64,000 nucleotides of DNA from Bradymonadia bacterium (GTDB taxonomy: Bacteria > Myxococcota_A > Bradymonadia > UBA7976 > UBA1532), in NCBI GenBank assembly GCA_046290225.1, contig JBKAGE010000036.1, positions 300,918 through 364,917 on the forward strand, given 5' to 3'. The notes under the pieces were generated by a model, which did not search any database, was not told where the DNA came from, and saw only the letters and a list, made by a program, of their open reading frames with translations. Positions 1 through 8,861 of the stretch are shown here, one piece after another (within the stretch, counting starts at the first letter, position 1; each line of letters starts with the position of its first letter). Made by a program: the position numbers and the translations under genes.

Positions 1-2520
1 GATGGGGATCTCCACACCACCAGGCAGGCCATTGAGCTGGATGGCGGGGATGAGCCCCGAGGCAAACGCTGCATCATCGAAGATGCCATCGTTGTCGAAG
101 TCCCAGCCCACCGTCAGCACATCGCCACAGCTCTGGTTCGGATCAGAGACCTGACCATCGAGGATCAGCGGATCGCCGTCATCGAGGAAGTACGGACCAC
201 CCGCGACCACACCTGGGGGTGCGTTCGGCGCGCGGTCGACGATGACCCGGGTGACAGAGAGGGCGTCGAAGGGCTCGCCGGCGCCGAGATCGTTCTCTAC
301 GACGCGCAGCGTGACGTTGTAGCTGCCTGCGGCCAGGTATGTGTGCTGAATGCCCTGCTGGCGATCCCCCGAGACATAGTCTGGGGGTGCACCCGTCTCC
401 CACCAGAGGCCATCACTGTCGTCCACATCCCACTGGAAGAACTCGATGAAGGCGTCGCGGTTGGGGTGGAATGAGTCGCTGTGGTCGAGCGTCACCACAC
501 CAGCACCGCCGCCGGCGCAGCCCTCGATGACCCGTGAAGGCAGAGCCTGGGCGATGGCGATGGGCTTCGGGCGGAAGATGGTCGGCGTGAGCACGAGAGA
601 GCCCCACGCCGTACTCATCATGCCTGCGGAGTAACGACACACGATGGAAGCGTGAGGGATGTTCTCGCAGCGATCGTTGATGCTGCCGAAGTCGGCGTAG
701 TTGTCGAGGTAACGACTCTGAGCCCGCAGGTAGTAGGTGCTGAACTCACGGACCCAATCATGGCCGCCAACATCGAGGAGCTCCGGCTGCCCGGTGCGGT
801 AGGCCTTCTGGTGGGAGTACAGCGCGTAGGAGTTACCGCAAGGCGTCACATTGTAGACCCCTATGGGGGTACCACACAGATAGTCGCCGTCTTCGAAGAG
901 GCGGGACATGTTCCCCGCGGTCCCCATCATCTCGCCGCCGCCAAAGCCATTGTCGGCGCGCTCCCAGTTTCGAGCGGTGAAGGCCAAGTAGTTGTCGTAG
1001 GAGGTCTTCAGCTCCATACCGAGGTAGTCGGCATAGCCCATGAAGGGGATCATGGGATCAGCAGGATCGATGTTGTGCACACCGAGCCAGCGCATACCGA
1101 TGAGGGCGCCACCGGTCAGCTGGAAATCCCCCCACTCGATGGGCGTGCTCTGGGTGCGGTACTTCGCCGAGCCATTGGGGGCCTGGTTGTCGAGGAGGTG
1201 GATGGCCGTACGGTACTTGTGACGGTTGTTGACGATGACCCCATAGGGGGTGCCTGCCACAGCAGCACTCTCAAGACCGATGAAGGCCCACTGCGCTGCA
1301 GAAGAGTCACCGTTACTGCACGTGGAATCACCAATGACTGGCCGGTAGAAGTGGCTGCCGGTGGCGCACCCGCTGTCGTGCTGAGCGTAGCCGAGGAAGT
1401 CCACCATCTCCTGAACCACCCAATCCCAAGTCTCACCGACAGCTTCGGGATAGAACCTGGCGGTCTGGACCGGGATGCCCCTGAGGGCAGGCAACAGCGT
1501 GGCGATGGCACCGAGGGAGAGCCCGGTGAGGTAGACGTCCTGGCGGTAGTCATGCTGGAAGTAGAGGCCCAGCTCGTTGGTCGTGCCTTCGATGCGCGGG
1601 CAGAACTCCTCGATGCCTGCTTCCCCGAGGCCACAGGTCGTGCCTTCGTCCACAGCGGAGACAGGGACGTCCACAAGGACCCACCGGGTGTAGTTGAGGC
1701 CACGGAGCATCGTCTCTGCGTAGGGATCGTTTTCCCAGCGAGCGGCGTTCTGCTCAGCCCAGCCCTCGGGCATCTCGCGACCGTACATGTTGACGACCGG
1801 ATCACCGTTCTCGTCGAGCGGGAAGGCAGGCAAGTGTCCGTTGACGCTCATGGCCCACATCATCGAGATGTTGTTGGCGATGCGGTAGCCCGGGCCATAG
1901 CGCGGGTGAGGCGCGTAGCCTTCGATGGTGGAGCCGGTGCCGCCGTAGTTGCCCATCTGGCGGTGCTGCCACCACAAGGCCTCACGGACGGCGATGCTGC
2001 TCATCACCTCGATCTGGTCAGAGGTCCAGCGGGTGGGATCAGAGGAGGGCGTCCAGTCATAGACGTACAGACGATACGTACCGAAGGCGCGATCGTTGAC
2101 GTCGCATTTGCTGACGACGCGTACGTTGAGGGTGAGGTTCTTCCCACGATCGACCTCGGGGACCTCGTAGATCTTCCCGATGTCGTAGACCGTGTTGGTG
2201 GTGCCTCGAGGAAAAGCATTGAACGACGGATCGTCGTCGTAGTTGCCGTTCCGGTTCACATCCCACGAGATGGTGTACCCCGTGCCGCAGGGCGCATCTC
2301 GAATGATGCCCTTGAGGGTGATGCGCGCACGCTCGTGCACAGGGTGCGGCAGGTCGAGGTTGTTCGGTGCATAGGGCACGGTGATCACCGTCGGAGGGGC
2401 CGCGGCGGCTTGCCCGGCAATCAACACCCCACCCAGCAGGCTGAGCAGGGCCATTGGCCCTCGGAGGTTGGCCAGGCGCCAGGGGCTCTTCTTCGTGAGC
2501 GGCGTCAAAGACATCTTCAT
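1..2520 (-). CDS. Secreted repeat protein, 3' end cut by the window edge. It has a signal peptide, prenyltransferase/terpene-cyclase-like alpha/alpha-toroid repeats, then PKD-like domains.
   Basis: Absent from the ORF track because it has no stop inside the window. Hand translation of the minus strand from ATG 2520 (or ATG 2514, 6 nt after GGAGG) stays open to base 1 (840 codons) with GC-rich third positions. The N-terminus MKMSLTPLTKKSPWRLANLRGPMALLSLLGGVLIAGQAAAAPP is signal-peptide-like. GDSSAAQWAFIGLESAA resembles toroid repeats. WDFDNDG and FQWDVDDSDG are PKD-type motifs. The + ORF 652..2550 is its antisense shadow. Confidence 0.6.
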   Translation of the reverse strand, partial: MKMSLTPLTKKSPWRLANLRGPMALLSLLGGVLIAGQAAAAPPTVITVPYAPNNLDLPHPVHERARITLKGIIRDAPCGTGYTISWDVNRNGNYDDDPSFNAFPRGTTNTVYDIGKIYEVPEVDRGKNLTLNVRVVSKCDVNDRAFGTYRLYVYDWTPSSDPTRWTSDQIEVMSSIAVREALWWQHRQMGNYGGTGSTIEGYAPHPRYGPGYRIANNISMMWAMSVNGHLPAFPLDENGDPVVNMYGREMPEGWAEQNAARWENDPYAETMLRGLNYTRWVLVDVPVSAVDEGTTCGLGEAGIEEFCPRIEGTTNELGLYFQHDYRQDVYLTGLSLGAIATLLPALRGIPVQTARFYPEAVGETWDWVVQEMVDFLGYAQHDSGCATGSHFYRPVIGDSTCSNGDSSAAQWAFIGLESAAVAGTPYGVIVNNRHKYRTAIHLLDNQAPNGSAKYRTQSTPIEWGDFQLTGGALIGMRWLGVHNIDPADPMIPFMGYADYLGMELKTSYDNYLAFTARNWERADNGFGGGEMMGTAGNMSRLFEDGDYLCGTPIGVYNVTPCGNSYALYSHQKAYRTGQPELLDVGGHDWVREFSTYYLRAQSRYLDNYADFGSINDRCENIPHASIVCRYSAGMMSTAWGSLVLTPTIFRPKPIAIAQALPSRVIEGCAGGGAGVVTLDHSDSFHPNRDAFIEFFQWDVDDSDGLWWETGAPPDYVSGDRQQGIQHTYLAAGSYNVTLRVVENDLGAGEPFDALSVTRVIVDRAPNAPPGVVAGGPYFLDDGDPLILDGQVSDPNQSCGDVLTVGWDFDNDGIFDDAAFASGLIPAIQLNGLPGGVEIPI

Positions 2521-2941
2521 CCTCCGCACTGTGTGTTCCCTCTCTCCTGAGCAGTCAGTGAAGGCAACTTCATACACAAACATACATCATCTGACACTGT
2601 TTTCAGATGGGTCGATTCACACCCATCCACAGATGCAGACTCAAAGGCCCCACCCTTCGAGCCGTAGACGCGGTGGGGGTTTTCACCCGCTGCCGCCTCT
2701 CCAGTCAGTTGTATGTGTGTCAAGGGCCTACACCCAACGTCTCAGTTCACAGACCATCCAACGCACTCGTCTCCCGGGGGCATGGGACCACGGCCCCGGG
2801 GTCGGACGCAACATCGCCACCGTAGGTGTTTACGTACAAGGTGTGCTCGTAGTTACACCTACAGCGATCATCCCTCATGATAGCCGGGGACGAGGTGTAA
2901 TCAATGGTATGTCACTGAAGGAAAGGAAGCTGGGAGGGCAG

Positions 2942-3865
2942 TTACTGAAGATCTTTACGGATATCAGGCAGCAGTTTTAAGAGCGCCAGGGTGATCTCCT
3001 GGGCTTCCTTGCTGTGCTTGGCCTTCCATTCCGGGCTGATGAACAGCACGGCGTCGACAGAGGTCGTGTCCAAATCGTCATCGAGCAGGTTGTCGTATAC
3101 GTCTTCGTCCACCTCGGACTTCGCGTACACCGCGCGCCGCTCACGGCCCACCTTGCGGCTGAGCTGCTTGTCGCGCAGTCGCACCAGCTTGAGCTGATCG
3201 CCGAACTGGGCATCTGCAGTCTTGAGCACCTTGGGGCGGGCGCCAGAGACCATGACCATGCATTGTGCCTGCACTCCGTCGACCACCTTAAGCAATGCCT
3301 CTTCGTTGGAGGCCTCGGCATAGGGCAGTCGGGCGTAGAACGGGTTGAGGCGGGTGAACAACTTCCAGGTGATGTAGGTGCCCGAGCCGAAGGGCATGAT
3401 CAAGATACGGTGCTTGCTCGACCGCAGCTGTCGCACGTCGTCGATGCCGGCCTTGCGGTTGCACAGCAGATGAATCGACTCCGGGTACAGCGTGGTGATG
3501 CGCTCCATGGTGAGCGTGCTGTCGGGCTTCTCGAACTGATAGAGGGTGTACGCGTCGTCCTGGGCGATGATGGCGTCGCACCGTCGAGGCTGAGCGTCGA
3601 TGCCCTCGAGGTTGTCCCAGCTGCCCTTGGTCTCCACGACCTCGACGGCGACCTTGCCCTCGAGGGCCTTGGCGATGGCCATGCCCGCACGGTGATAGCT
3701 GTTGCCATGGGTACCCGTGCACAACTTCAAGGTGCCGGGCCCCTTCTTCTCAGGGGTATCGGCCTTGGCGGCAGGCTGGTTCTGCGGCTGACTCTGGGGT
3801 TGCCCCTGCGCACTGACAGAGTGGAGGGGGCCAAACGCCAGGAGAGCGATGATGATGATCCTCAT
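2942..3865 (-). CDS. Periplasmic solute-binding protein, TAXI/NMT1-like (TRAP-receptor family)
   Basis: 307-aa ORF with signal peptide MRIIIIALLAFGPLHSVSAQG and a Q/P-rich linker. LKLCTGTHGNSYHRAGMAIAKAL resembles the glycine-rich start of TAXI receptors. The family call rests on motif memory only. Confidence 0.5.
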   Translation of the reverse strand: MRIIIIALLAFGPLHSVSAQGQPQSQPQNQPAAKADTPEKKGPGTLKLCTGTHGNSYHRAGMAIAKALEGKVAVEVVETKGSWDNLEGIDAQPRRCDAIIAQDDAYTLYQFEKPDSTLTMERITTLYPESIHLLCNRKAGIDDVRQLRSSKHRILIMPFGSGTYITWKLFTRLNPFYARLPYAEASNEEALLKVVDGVQAQCMVMVSGARPKVLKTADAQFGDQLKLVRLRDKQLSRKVGRERRAVYAKSEVDEDVYDNLLDDDLDTTSVDAVLFISPEWKAKHSKEAQEITLALLKLLPDIRKDLQ

Positions 3866-3943
3866 GGTGAGGCTGCCCTTTTCTTCAGGTTCATGGGCGC
3901 GAGGCCCGGTACACAGACCGGTGTGACCGACGTGGGGGCCGGC

Positions 3944-5302
3944 TCATTCACCTCGCCCTTGTTGTCGCCACCACGGCACCAGAGCAGAGATGAGGCCGGG
4001 GACTGTATAGATTTGCGCCGTGAGCGCAACCTCGAGCCCAACCTCTCGAGCGGTCTTTTCAGTGATCGGTCCGATGCACGCGGCGCACACGCGCTTGGAG
4101 ATGGTGGACCACTGTGCCGCGTCGAACAAGCCCCGAAAATGAGTGGCCGTGGAGGAGGCGGTGAGCGTAATCACGTCGACCTCCCCAGCATTGAGGGCCT
4201 GTACGACGCTCTGCTCAGGTGTACCCGGTACGGTTCGGTACACAGGCACGACATCGACAATGGCGCCCCGAGCTCGGAGCGTCTCCGGCAAGATCTCCCG
4301 GGCCACTTCTGCCCTGGGGATCAAAATGGACGCCCCGTCGAGTGCGTGGGCTTCGAAGGCTTCGATGAGGCCCTCAGCCACATATCGCTCGGGGAGGAGA
4401 TCGGCTCGCAGGTTCCAACGCTTCAGCGCCCTTGCCGTGGCAGGGCCGATGCACGCGATCCGGCACGAAGCCAGGGCCCGGGCGTCGGCCACTGACGACA
4501 GGATCTCGAAGAACCGATCCACACCGTTGACGCTGGTGAAGACCACCCAGTCTCTCTCGGAGAGCCCCTCGATGGCGCTCAGGACATCTTCAGGTGACGG
4601 AGGTGGCTCGATGGCGATGACCGGGCACAGGATCGCCTCGGCGCCCAGCGCCTCAAGCGCCTCGATCATGTCGCCTGCTTGCGCCCTGGCTCGGGTCACG
4701 GCCACGCGCAAGCCGTGCAATGGCCTGTCCTCGAACCATGTCGAACGCCGAGAATCTGCACCTGCAACCTGAAGTGTCCCCTCCCCCAGGCCCACCATAC
4801 GTTGTCGTGGGTGGCCAGGCTCGGCCACTGACCAGCTCTGTGAGCCACAGGTCCCTTCCACTCGGGTGAGATCTCCAAGCTCGACTCGAAATGCGCTGCC
4901 CAGACTCACCCCGGCACGTGCGAGGGCGGTCAAGGTGACCGAAGGGGCAGTGAGCACAGTATGAGGGACTTCGAGTGCCGAGAGAGCGAGGGCGATCTCC
5001 GAAGCTCGGGACTCCACCCAGCCATCTCCAAAGCACAGACACACGACATCTTGGCCACCTTCGAGGAGACCCTTGATCACCTCTGCGGTGTCTTCGGGCT
5101 CGGACGGGCTGATGTGCCACTGGACGGTGGGTGGGGCGAGGGCCGAGATCATGGCAGTGAGGGCTTCGGGGCATACGACGTGCCCCGAGGTCATCTGTGA
5201 GATCAGCGCTCGAAGGCGTGCGCCGAGACAGGCCAGCTCACCTGTCCCCGCACCCGCGAGGTAGACCCTCGGAGCGAAGGGCCCGACCCGACGCTCACTC
5301 AA
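3944..5302 (-). CDS. hemD: Uroporphyrinogen-III synthase (HemD) with an N-terminal degenerate, truncated tetrapyrrole-methylase (CobA/SUMT)-like domain
   Basis: 452-aa ORF with a TTG start overlapping the hemC stop. The C-terminal roughly 250 aa is typical HEM4 (LHGLRVAVTRARAQAGDM...VVFTSVNGV...ITLTASSTA). The N-terminus reads VYLAGAGTGE...CLCFGDGW, versus canonical VYLVGAGPGD...RLKGGDP. It is the last gene of the hemA-hemC-hemD string. Confidence 0.75.
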   Translation of the reverse strand: MSERRVGPFAPRVYLAGAGTGELACLGARLRALISQMTSGHVVCPEALTAMISALAPPTVQWHISPSEPEDTAEVIKGLLEGGQDVVCLCFGDGWVESRASEIALALSALEVPHTVLTAPSVTLTALARAGVSLGSAFRVELGDLTRVEGTCGSQSWSVAEPGHPRQRMVGLGEGTLQVAGADSRRSTWFEDRPLHGLRVAVTRARAQAGDMIEALEALGAEAILCPVIAIEPPPSPEDVLSAIEGLSERDWVVFTSVNGVDRFFEILSSVADARALASCRIACIGPATARALKRWNLRADLLPERYVAEGLIEAFEAHALDGASILIPRAEVAREILPETLRARGAIVDVVPVYRTVPGTPEQSVVQALNAGEVDVITLTASSTATHFRGLFDAAQWSTISKRVCAACIGPITEKTAREVGLEVALTAQIYTVPGLISALVPWWRQQGRGE

Positions 5303-6240
5303 TGATCTGTGGCCTTGAGGGCTTGGAGGATCCCACGACCGCCGGCATCGAGGAGAGCCTGAGCCACGGTGGCACCCAAGGCCTCGGGGTCGGTGCCCAT
5401 GTCGGTGTGCACCACCATCTCGCTGCCATCCGGGGCGCCAACGAAGGCTTTGAGCCGGATGTTGCCCCTGTCGACGGTGGCATAGGCCCCCACAGGAATA
5501 CGGCAGTCACCTTCCACTGCGGCGAGGAAGGTCCGCTCTGCGGTGACACAGGTGGCCGTGTCGGCGTGGTGGATCGCTGACAGCATGCCCAGAATCTGCG
5601 CGTCGCCCGCCCGGGCCTCCACCGCGAGGGCGCCCTGGGCCACGGCGGGGATCCAGTGCTCGGGGTTGAGCGGCATGAACTCCACGTCTTCGCGCTCGGT
5701 GAATTCCAGCCGCAGCATGCCCGCCATGGCCAGGATCACAGTGTCGACCCGCCTCGGAGGCGGATCGATGAGCCGATTCACTCGGGTGTTGACGTTCCCA
5801 CGGATCGGCACGATCTCGGACTCGGGCCAACGACGCCGCGCCATGCAGGCGCGGCGCAGGCTGGAGGTACCCACGAGCGGGGGCGCCTCGGGGCTCTCCC
5901 CGATGCGGGTGATCAAGACATCGCGGACGTCGCCACGGACAGGGATCGCCCCCAGCGTGAGGCCCTCGGGCAACTTGGTGGGCATGTCCTTGAGGCTGTG
6001 CACGGCGATGTCGATCTCACCGGCGATCATGGCCTCCTCAAGCTCGTGGGTGAACAGGCCCTTACCGCCGAGCTCCGAGAGGGGCTGACCGAGGAAGCGA
6101 TCCCCTCGGGTCTTGAAGATGGTGCGCTCCACCTGCAAGCCAGGGTGGGCGGCCTTGAGCCGATCGGCGACATAGTCTGCTTGCCACAGGGCCAGGTCAG
6201 AGCCTCGGGTCCCAATGCGAATCACGGGATCGGCGCTCAT
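5299..6240 (-). CDS. hemC: Hydroxymethylbilane synthase (porphobilinogen deaminase)
   Basis: 313 aa. IRIGTRGSDLALWQADYV...FKTRGDR is the classic HemC N-terminus. ATGA overlap with the hemA stop at 6237-6240. Confidence 0.95.
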   Translation of the reverse strand: MSADPVIRIGTRGSDLALWQADYVADRLKAAHPGLQVERTIFKTRGDRFLGQPLSELGGKGLFTHELEEAMIAGEIDIAVHSLKDMPTKLPEGLTLGAIPVRGDVRDVLITRIGESPEAPPLVGTSSLRRACMARRRWPESEIVPIRGNVNTRVNRLIDPPPRRVDTVILAMAGMLRLEFTEREDVEFMPLNPEHWIPAVAQGALAVEARAGDAQILGMLSAIHHADTATCVTAERTFLAAVEGDCRIPVGAYATVDRGNIRLKAFVGAPDGSEMVVHTDMGTDPEALGATVAQALLDAGGRGILQALKATDH

Positions 6241-7619
6241 GTGCCCCTCCTGCCAGTGTTCGATGATGTGTTGACGGGTGTCTCGGATTTGACGGGCGCT
6301 GTGGGGGCGCCGTGGCCGTTCATCGGCGTCGGCTGCCCCTCGAGGCTGTCGATCTCGAGATTGAAGAGTTGTTGCACGAGGGCGATGGTCTGAGGGCCAC
6401 CCTCAGCGCTCTGGGATCGCTTCAAGCCGGTCTGCACACCATGGAGCAGCTTGTTGATCACCCCATCGACGAGACGCTCCACCGACTTCTGCTGTGCGGG
6501 CGTCAGATCGCCGAGCTTGCCCCCGGCGCGGCTGAGCTCTTCGGCCTTGATGTCGGCGGCCTTGCGCCTGAGGGCCTGAATCACGGGCTTCACCGCATTT
6601 TGTGTGCTCTGCGCTTGGACGAACCGGGTCACCTCGGAGGTGACCATCTGCTCTGCCTGCTCTGCCTCTCGCTGGCGACTGGCGAGGTTCTCCTGAGCGA
6701 TGGAGGAGAGGTCGTCCACGTCGTAGACGAAGACCGAGTCGAGGTTGTTGATCTTGGGATCGACGTTTCGAGGTACGGCGATGTCGATGAAGAACAACGG
6801 CCGGTATTTCCGGGCCTTGAGCACCCGCTTCACCTGCTTGGGACTGATGATATAGTCCCGAGCGCCGGTGCTGGTGATGACGATGTCGGTCCGCACCAGC
6901 AGCTCGTCGAGCTCGTCGAGACCCCGAGGGTGACCACCAAGGGCTTCGGCGAGACGTACAGCGCGATCGATGCTGCGGTTGGCCACCAGCAAGGTGTGCA
7001 CCCCGCCATCGACGAGGGCCTTGGCGGCGAGCTCCCCCATCTCACCAGCGCCCACCATGAGGGCGGTGCTGCGCTTGAGATCACCGAAGATCTGCCGCGC
7101 GAGATCGACGGCCACGCTGCTCACGGAGACAGCGTTGCGGGCGATGCCGGTCTCTGTACGGACCCGCTTGGCCACCCTCAGGGCCTGATCCATCGTGCGC
7201 TGTAGAAACGCCCCAGCAGCCCCGGACTGTCGACACAGATCGAAGGCGGTCTTGATCTGGCCCTGAATCTGAGGCTCACCCACCACCATGCTGTCGAGGC
7301 TCGCCGTCACCCGGAATAAATGCCGCACAGCATCTGAGCCCGCATGTACGTAGGCATGGCCATCGAGCAATCGCGCCGAGGCACCCCCGACGCTGGCGAG
7401 CACCTCGGGCAGCTGTCGACGGGCCTGGTCCACGTCTTCGGCAGCGGCGTAGACCTCTACCCGGTTACACGTGGAGAGCACAAAGGCTTCGGTGGTGCCA
7501 GGGATCGCGCTCACCGCAGCGGCGGTGTCGGGCACCTGCCCTGCAGGGATGGCGAACCGCTCTCGGATTTGCACGGGGGCGGTTCGATGGCTCAAGCCCA
7601 TGACGATGAGCTGCTTCAC
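6237..7619 (-). CDS. hemA: Glutamyl-tRNA reductase
   Basis: 460 aa with a GTG start. (V)KQLIVMGLSHRTAPVQIRERF...STCNRVEVY and the NAD-binding VGAGEMGE motif are present. Confidence 0.95.
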   Translation of the reverse strand: MKQLIVMGLSHRTAPVQIRERFAIPAGQVPDTAAAVSAIPGTTEAFVLSTCNRVEVYAAAEDVDQARRQLPEVLASVGGASARLLDGHAYVHAGSDAVRHLFRVTASLDSMVVGEPQIQGQIKTAFDLCRQSGAAGAFLQRTMDQALRVAKRVRTETGIARNAVSVSSVAVDLARQIFGDLKRSTALMVGAGEMGELAAKALVDGGVHTLLVANRSIDRAVRLAEALGGHPRGLDELDELLVRTDIVITSTGARDYIISPKQVKRVLKARKYRPLFFIDIAVPRNVDPKINNLDSVFVYDVDDLSSIAQENLASRQREAEQAEQMVTSEVTRFVQAQSTQNAVKPVIQALRRKAADIKAEELSRAGGKLGDLTPAQQKSVERLVDGVINKLLHGVQTGLKRSQSAEGGPQTIALVQQLFNLEIDSLEGQPTPMNGHGAPTAPVKSETPVNTSSNTGRRGT

Positions 7620-7640
7620 GAGAGGGGCACCTTCATCGCT

Positions 7641-8426
7641 TCAGGCAAAGCCGAGGGTGTACTGCGCCACCACGACCATGGCCAGGATCAGCCCCGCCGC
7701 GGTGAGCACGGCGGCCCGACGGCCACGCCAGCCTGCGGTGAGACGTGCCTGGAGCACGCCGCCGTAGATCAGCCATGACACCCCAGCGAAGATGTAGGCG
7801 CTCTTCAGACCCGCCTCGGGGCCGATCTTCAGGGCAAAGGCGCTGCCGAGGAGCAAGGCCAGCGTATAGAACGGAAACCCCACGACGATGCCCCGGAGCG
7901 AGAGCCGATCGAGGACCTCGAGGGGGGGCAGCTTCTTGCGCAGAGCCGAGCGCTTCTTGTCTTTGAGCAACCTCAGCTGCAGCAAATAGAGCAGCGATAC
8001 GGCTGTGGCGAACGTGAACGCGGTGATGCCGATGAAGGCCAGGGTGATGTGGATCACCAGCAACCCGTCCGACGTGCTGGCCATGAGGGCCGCCTCGGGG
8101 TTGGGGATCAGCAACGTGAACATGCCCAGCACGGTGGCCGGCGCGGTGACGAAGCTGCCCAGGGCGGTGATCGGGTGGCGCCGCAACAAGACGAGGTACA
8201 AGGCCCCCAGGCTCCAGGCAGAGCTGCCCAACAGCAGCCGGTTGCCTCCGGCGACGCCATGGCGGGTGGCCCAGATGATGAGGAGCACCCCCCACAGCGC
8301 GAGGGTGCCTCCGAGCATCCAGTGGGCGAGCGTGCCCTTGCCCTCCTGATGGCCCCAGAGGGCCGCCAGATAGGTCAATGTGGTCAGGGCAAAGAGCCCG
8401 ACACCGATGCCGAAGGCGATCTCCAC
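7641..8426 (-). CDS. Cytochrome c assembly family membrane protein (CcsA/HemX-type)
   Basis: 261-aa polytopic membrane protein immediately upstream of hemA, the position this family occupies in many bacteria. GTG start. Confidence 0.65.
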   Translation of the reverse strand: MEIAFGIGVGLFALTTLTYLAALWGHQEGKGTLAHWMLGGTLALWGVLLIIWATRHGVAGGNRLLLGSSAWSLGALYLVLLRRHPITALGSFVTAPATVLGMFTLLIPNPEAALMASTSDGLLVIHITLAFIGITAFTFATAVSLLYLLQLRLLKDKKRSALRKKLPPLEVLDRLSLRGIVVGFPFYTLALLLGSAFALKIGPEAGLKSAYIFAGVSWLIYGGVLQARLTAGWRGRRAAVLTAAGLILAMVVVAQYTLGFA

Positions 8427-8461
8427 ACGTATCTCTCAGGTAGGGGTTTGCGAAGCGTCTC

Positions 8462-8791
8462 TCAGAGGTTGTCGTCGATCATGCCCTTGAGGCGGGCCCG
8501 CACGTTGCCGGAGAAGCCCACGTGACGATCGACGAGCTTGCCACCCTTGAACAGCAACAGCGTGGGGATGCTCTGCACGCCATGCTGTGCGGCGACGGCC
8601 TGGCTCTCGTCGATGTTGAGCTTACCGACGACGGCCTTGTCCTTGTACTCGGTGGCCAGGGCCTCGATGTGGGGGGCGATCTGACGGCAGGGGCCGCACC
8701 AGGGGGCCCAGAAGTCCACGAGCACGGGCTTGTCGGAGCCGAGGACCTCAGATTCCCAGTTCTTGTTGTTCAAGGTGACGTAATCAGCCAT
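8462..8791 (-). CDS. trxA: Thioredoxin
   Basis: WCGPC active site in VLVDFWAPWCGPCRQIAP. I trimmed the track ORF (8462..8905) to the internal ATG at 8791 (MADYVTLNN...), which gives a normal 109-aa thioredoxin and removes the overlap with rodA. Confidence 0.9.
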   Translation of the reverse strand: MADYVTLNNKNWESEVLGSDKPVLVDFWAPWCGPCRQIAPHIEALATEYKDKAVVGKLNIDESQAVAAQHGVQSIPTLLLFKGGKLVDRHVGFSGNVRARLKGMIDDNL

Positions 8792-8861
8792 CAAAGGCCT
8801 CACTTTCTCTGTTGCCCGATGTGGGCGTTCATGTTGATTCAGTCTCTGCGGGGTGATGCCA

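Noticed and set aside
652-2550. 632-aa + strand ORF, the longest ORF listed in the first 3 kb
   Set aside because: It is codon-aligned antisense to the 1..2520 minus-strand gene. Its composition (runs of V, G, E, A, D, H with no domain logic) is typical of a shadow ORF in GC-rich DNA. The minus frame has a signal peptide and PKD motifs.
2640-2690. Hairpin CCCCACC...GGTGGGG followed by TTTT, as a terminator
   Set aside because: On the + strand there is no upstream + gene. On the minus strand it lies about 250 nt beyond the stop at 2942 and lacks a proper U-tract. The evidence is too weak to annotate.
3014-4495. 493-aa + ORF across the solute-binding and hemD genes
   Set aside because: It is an antisense shadow spanning two real minus-strand genes and their intergenic gap. 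No motifs are recognisable.
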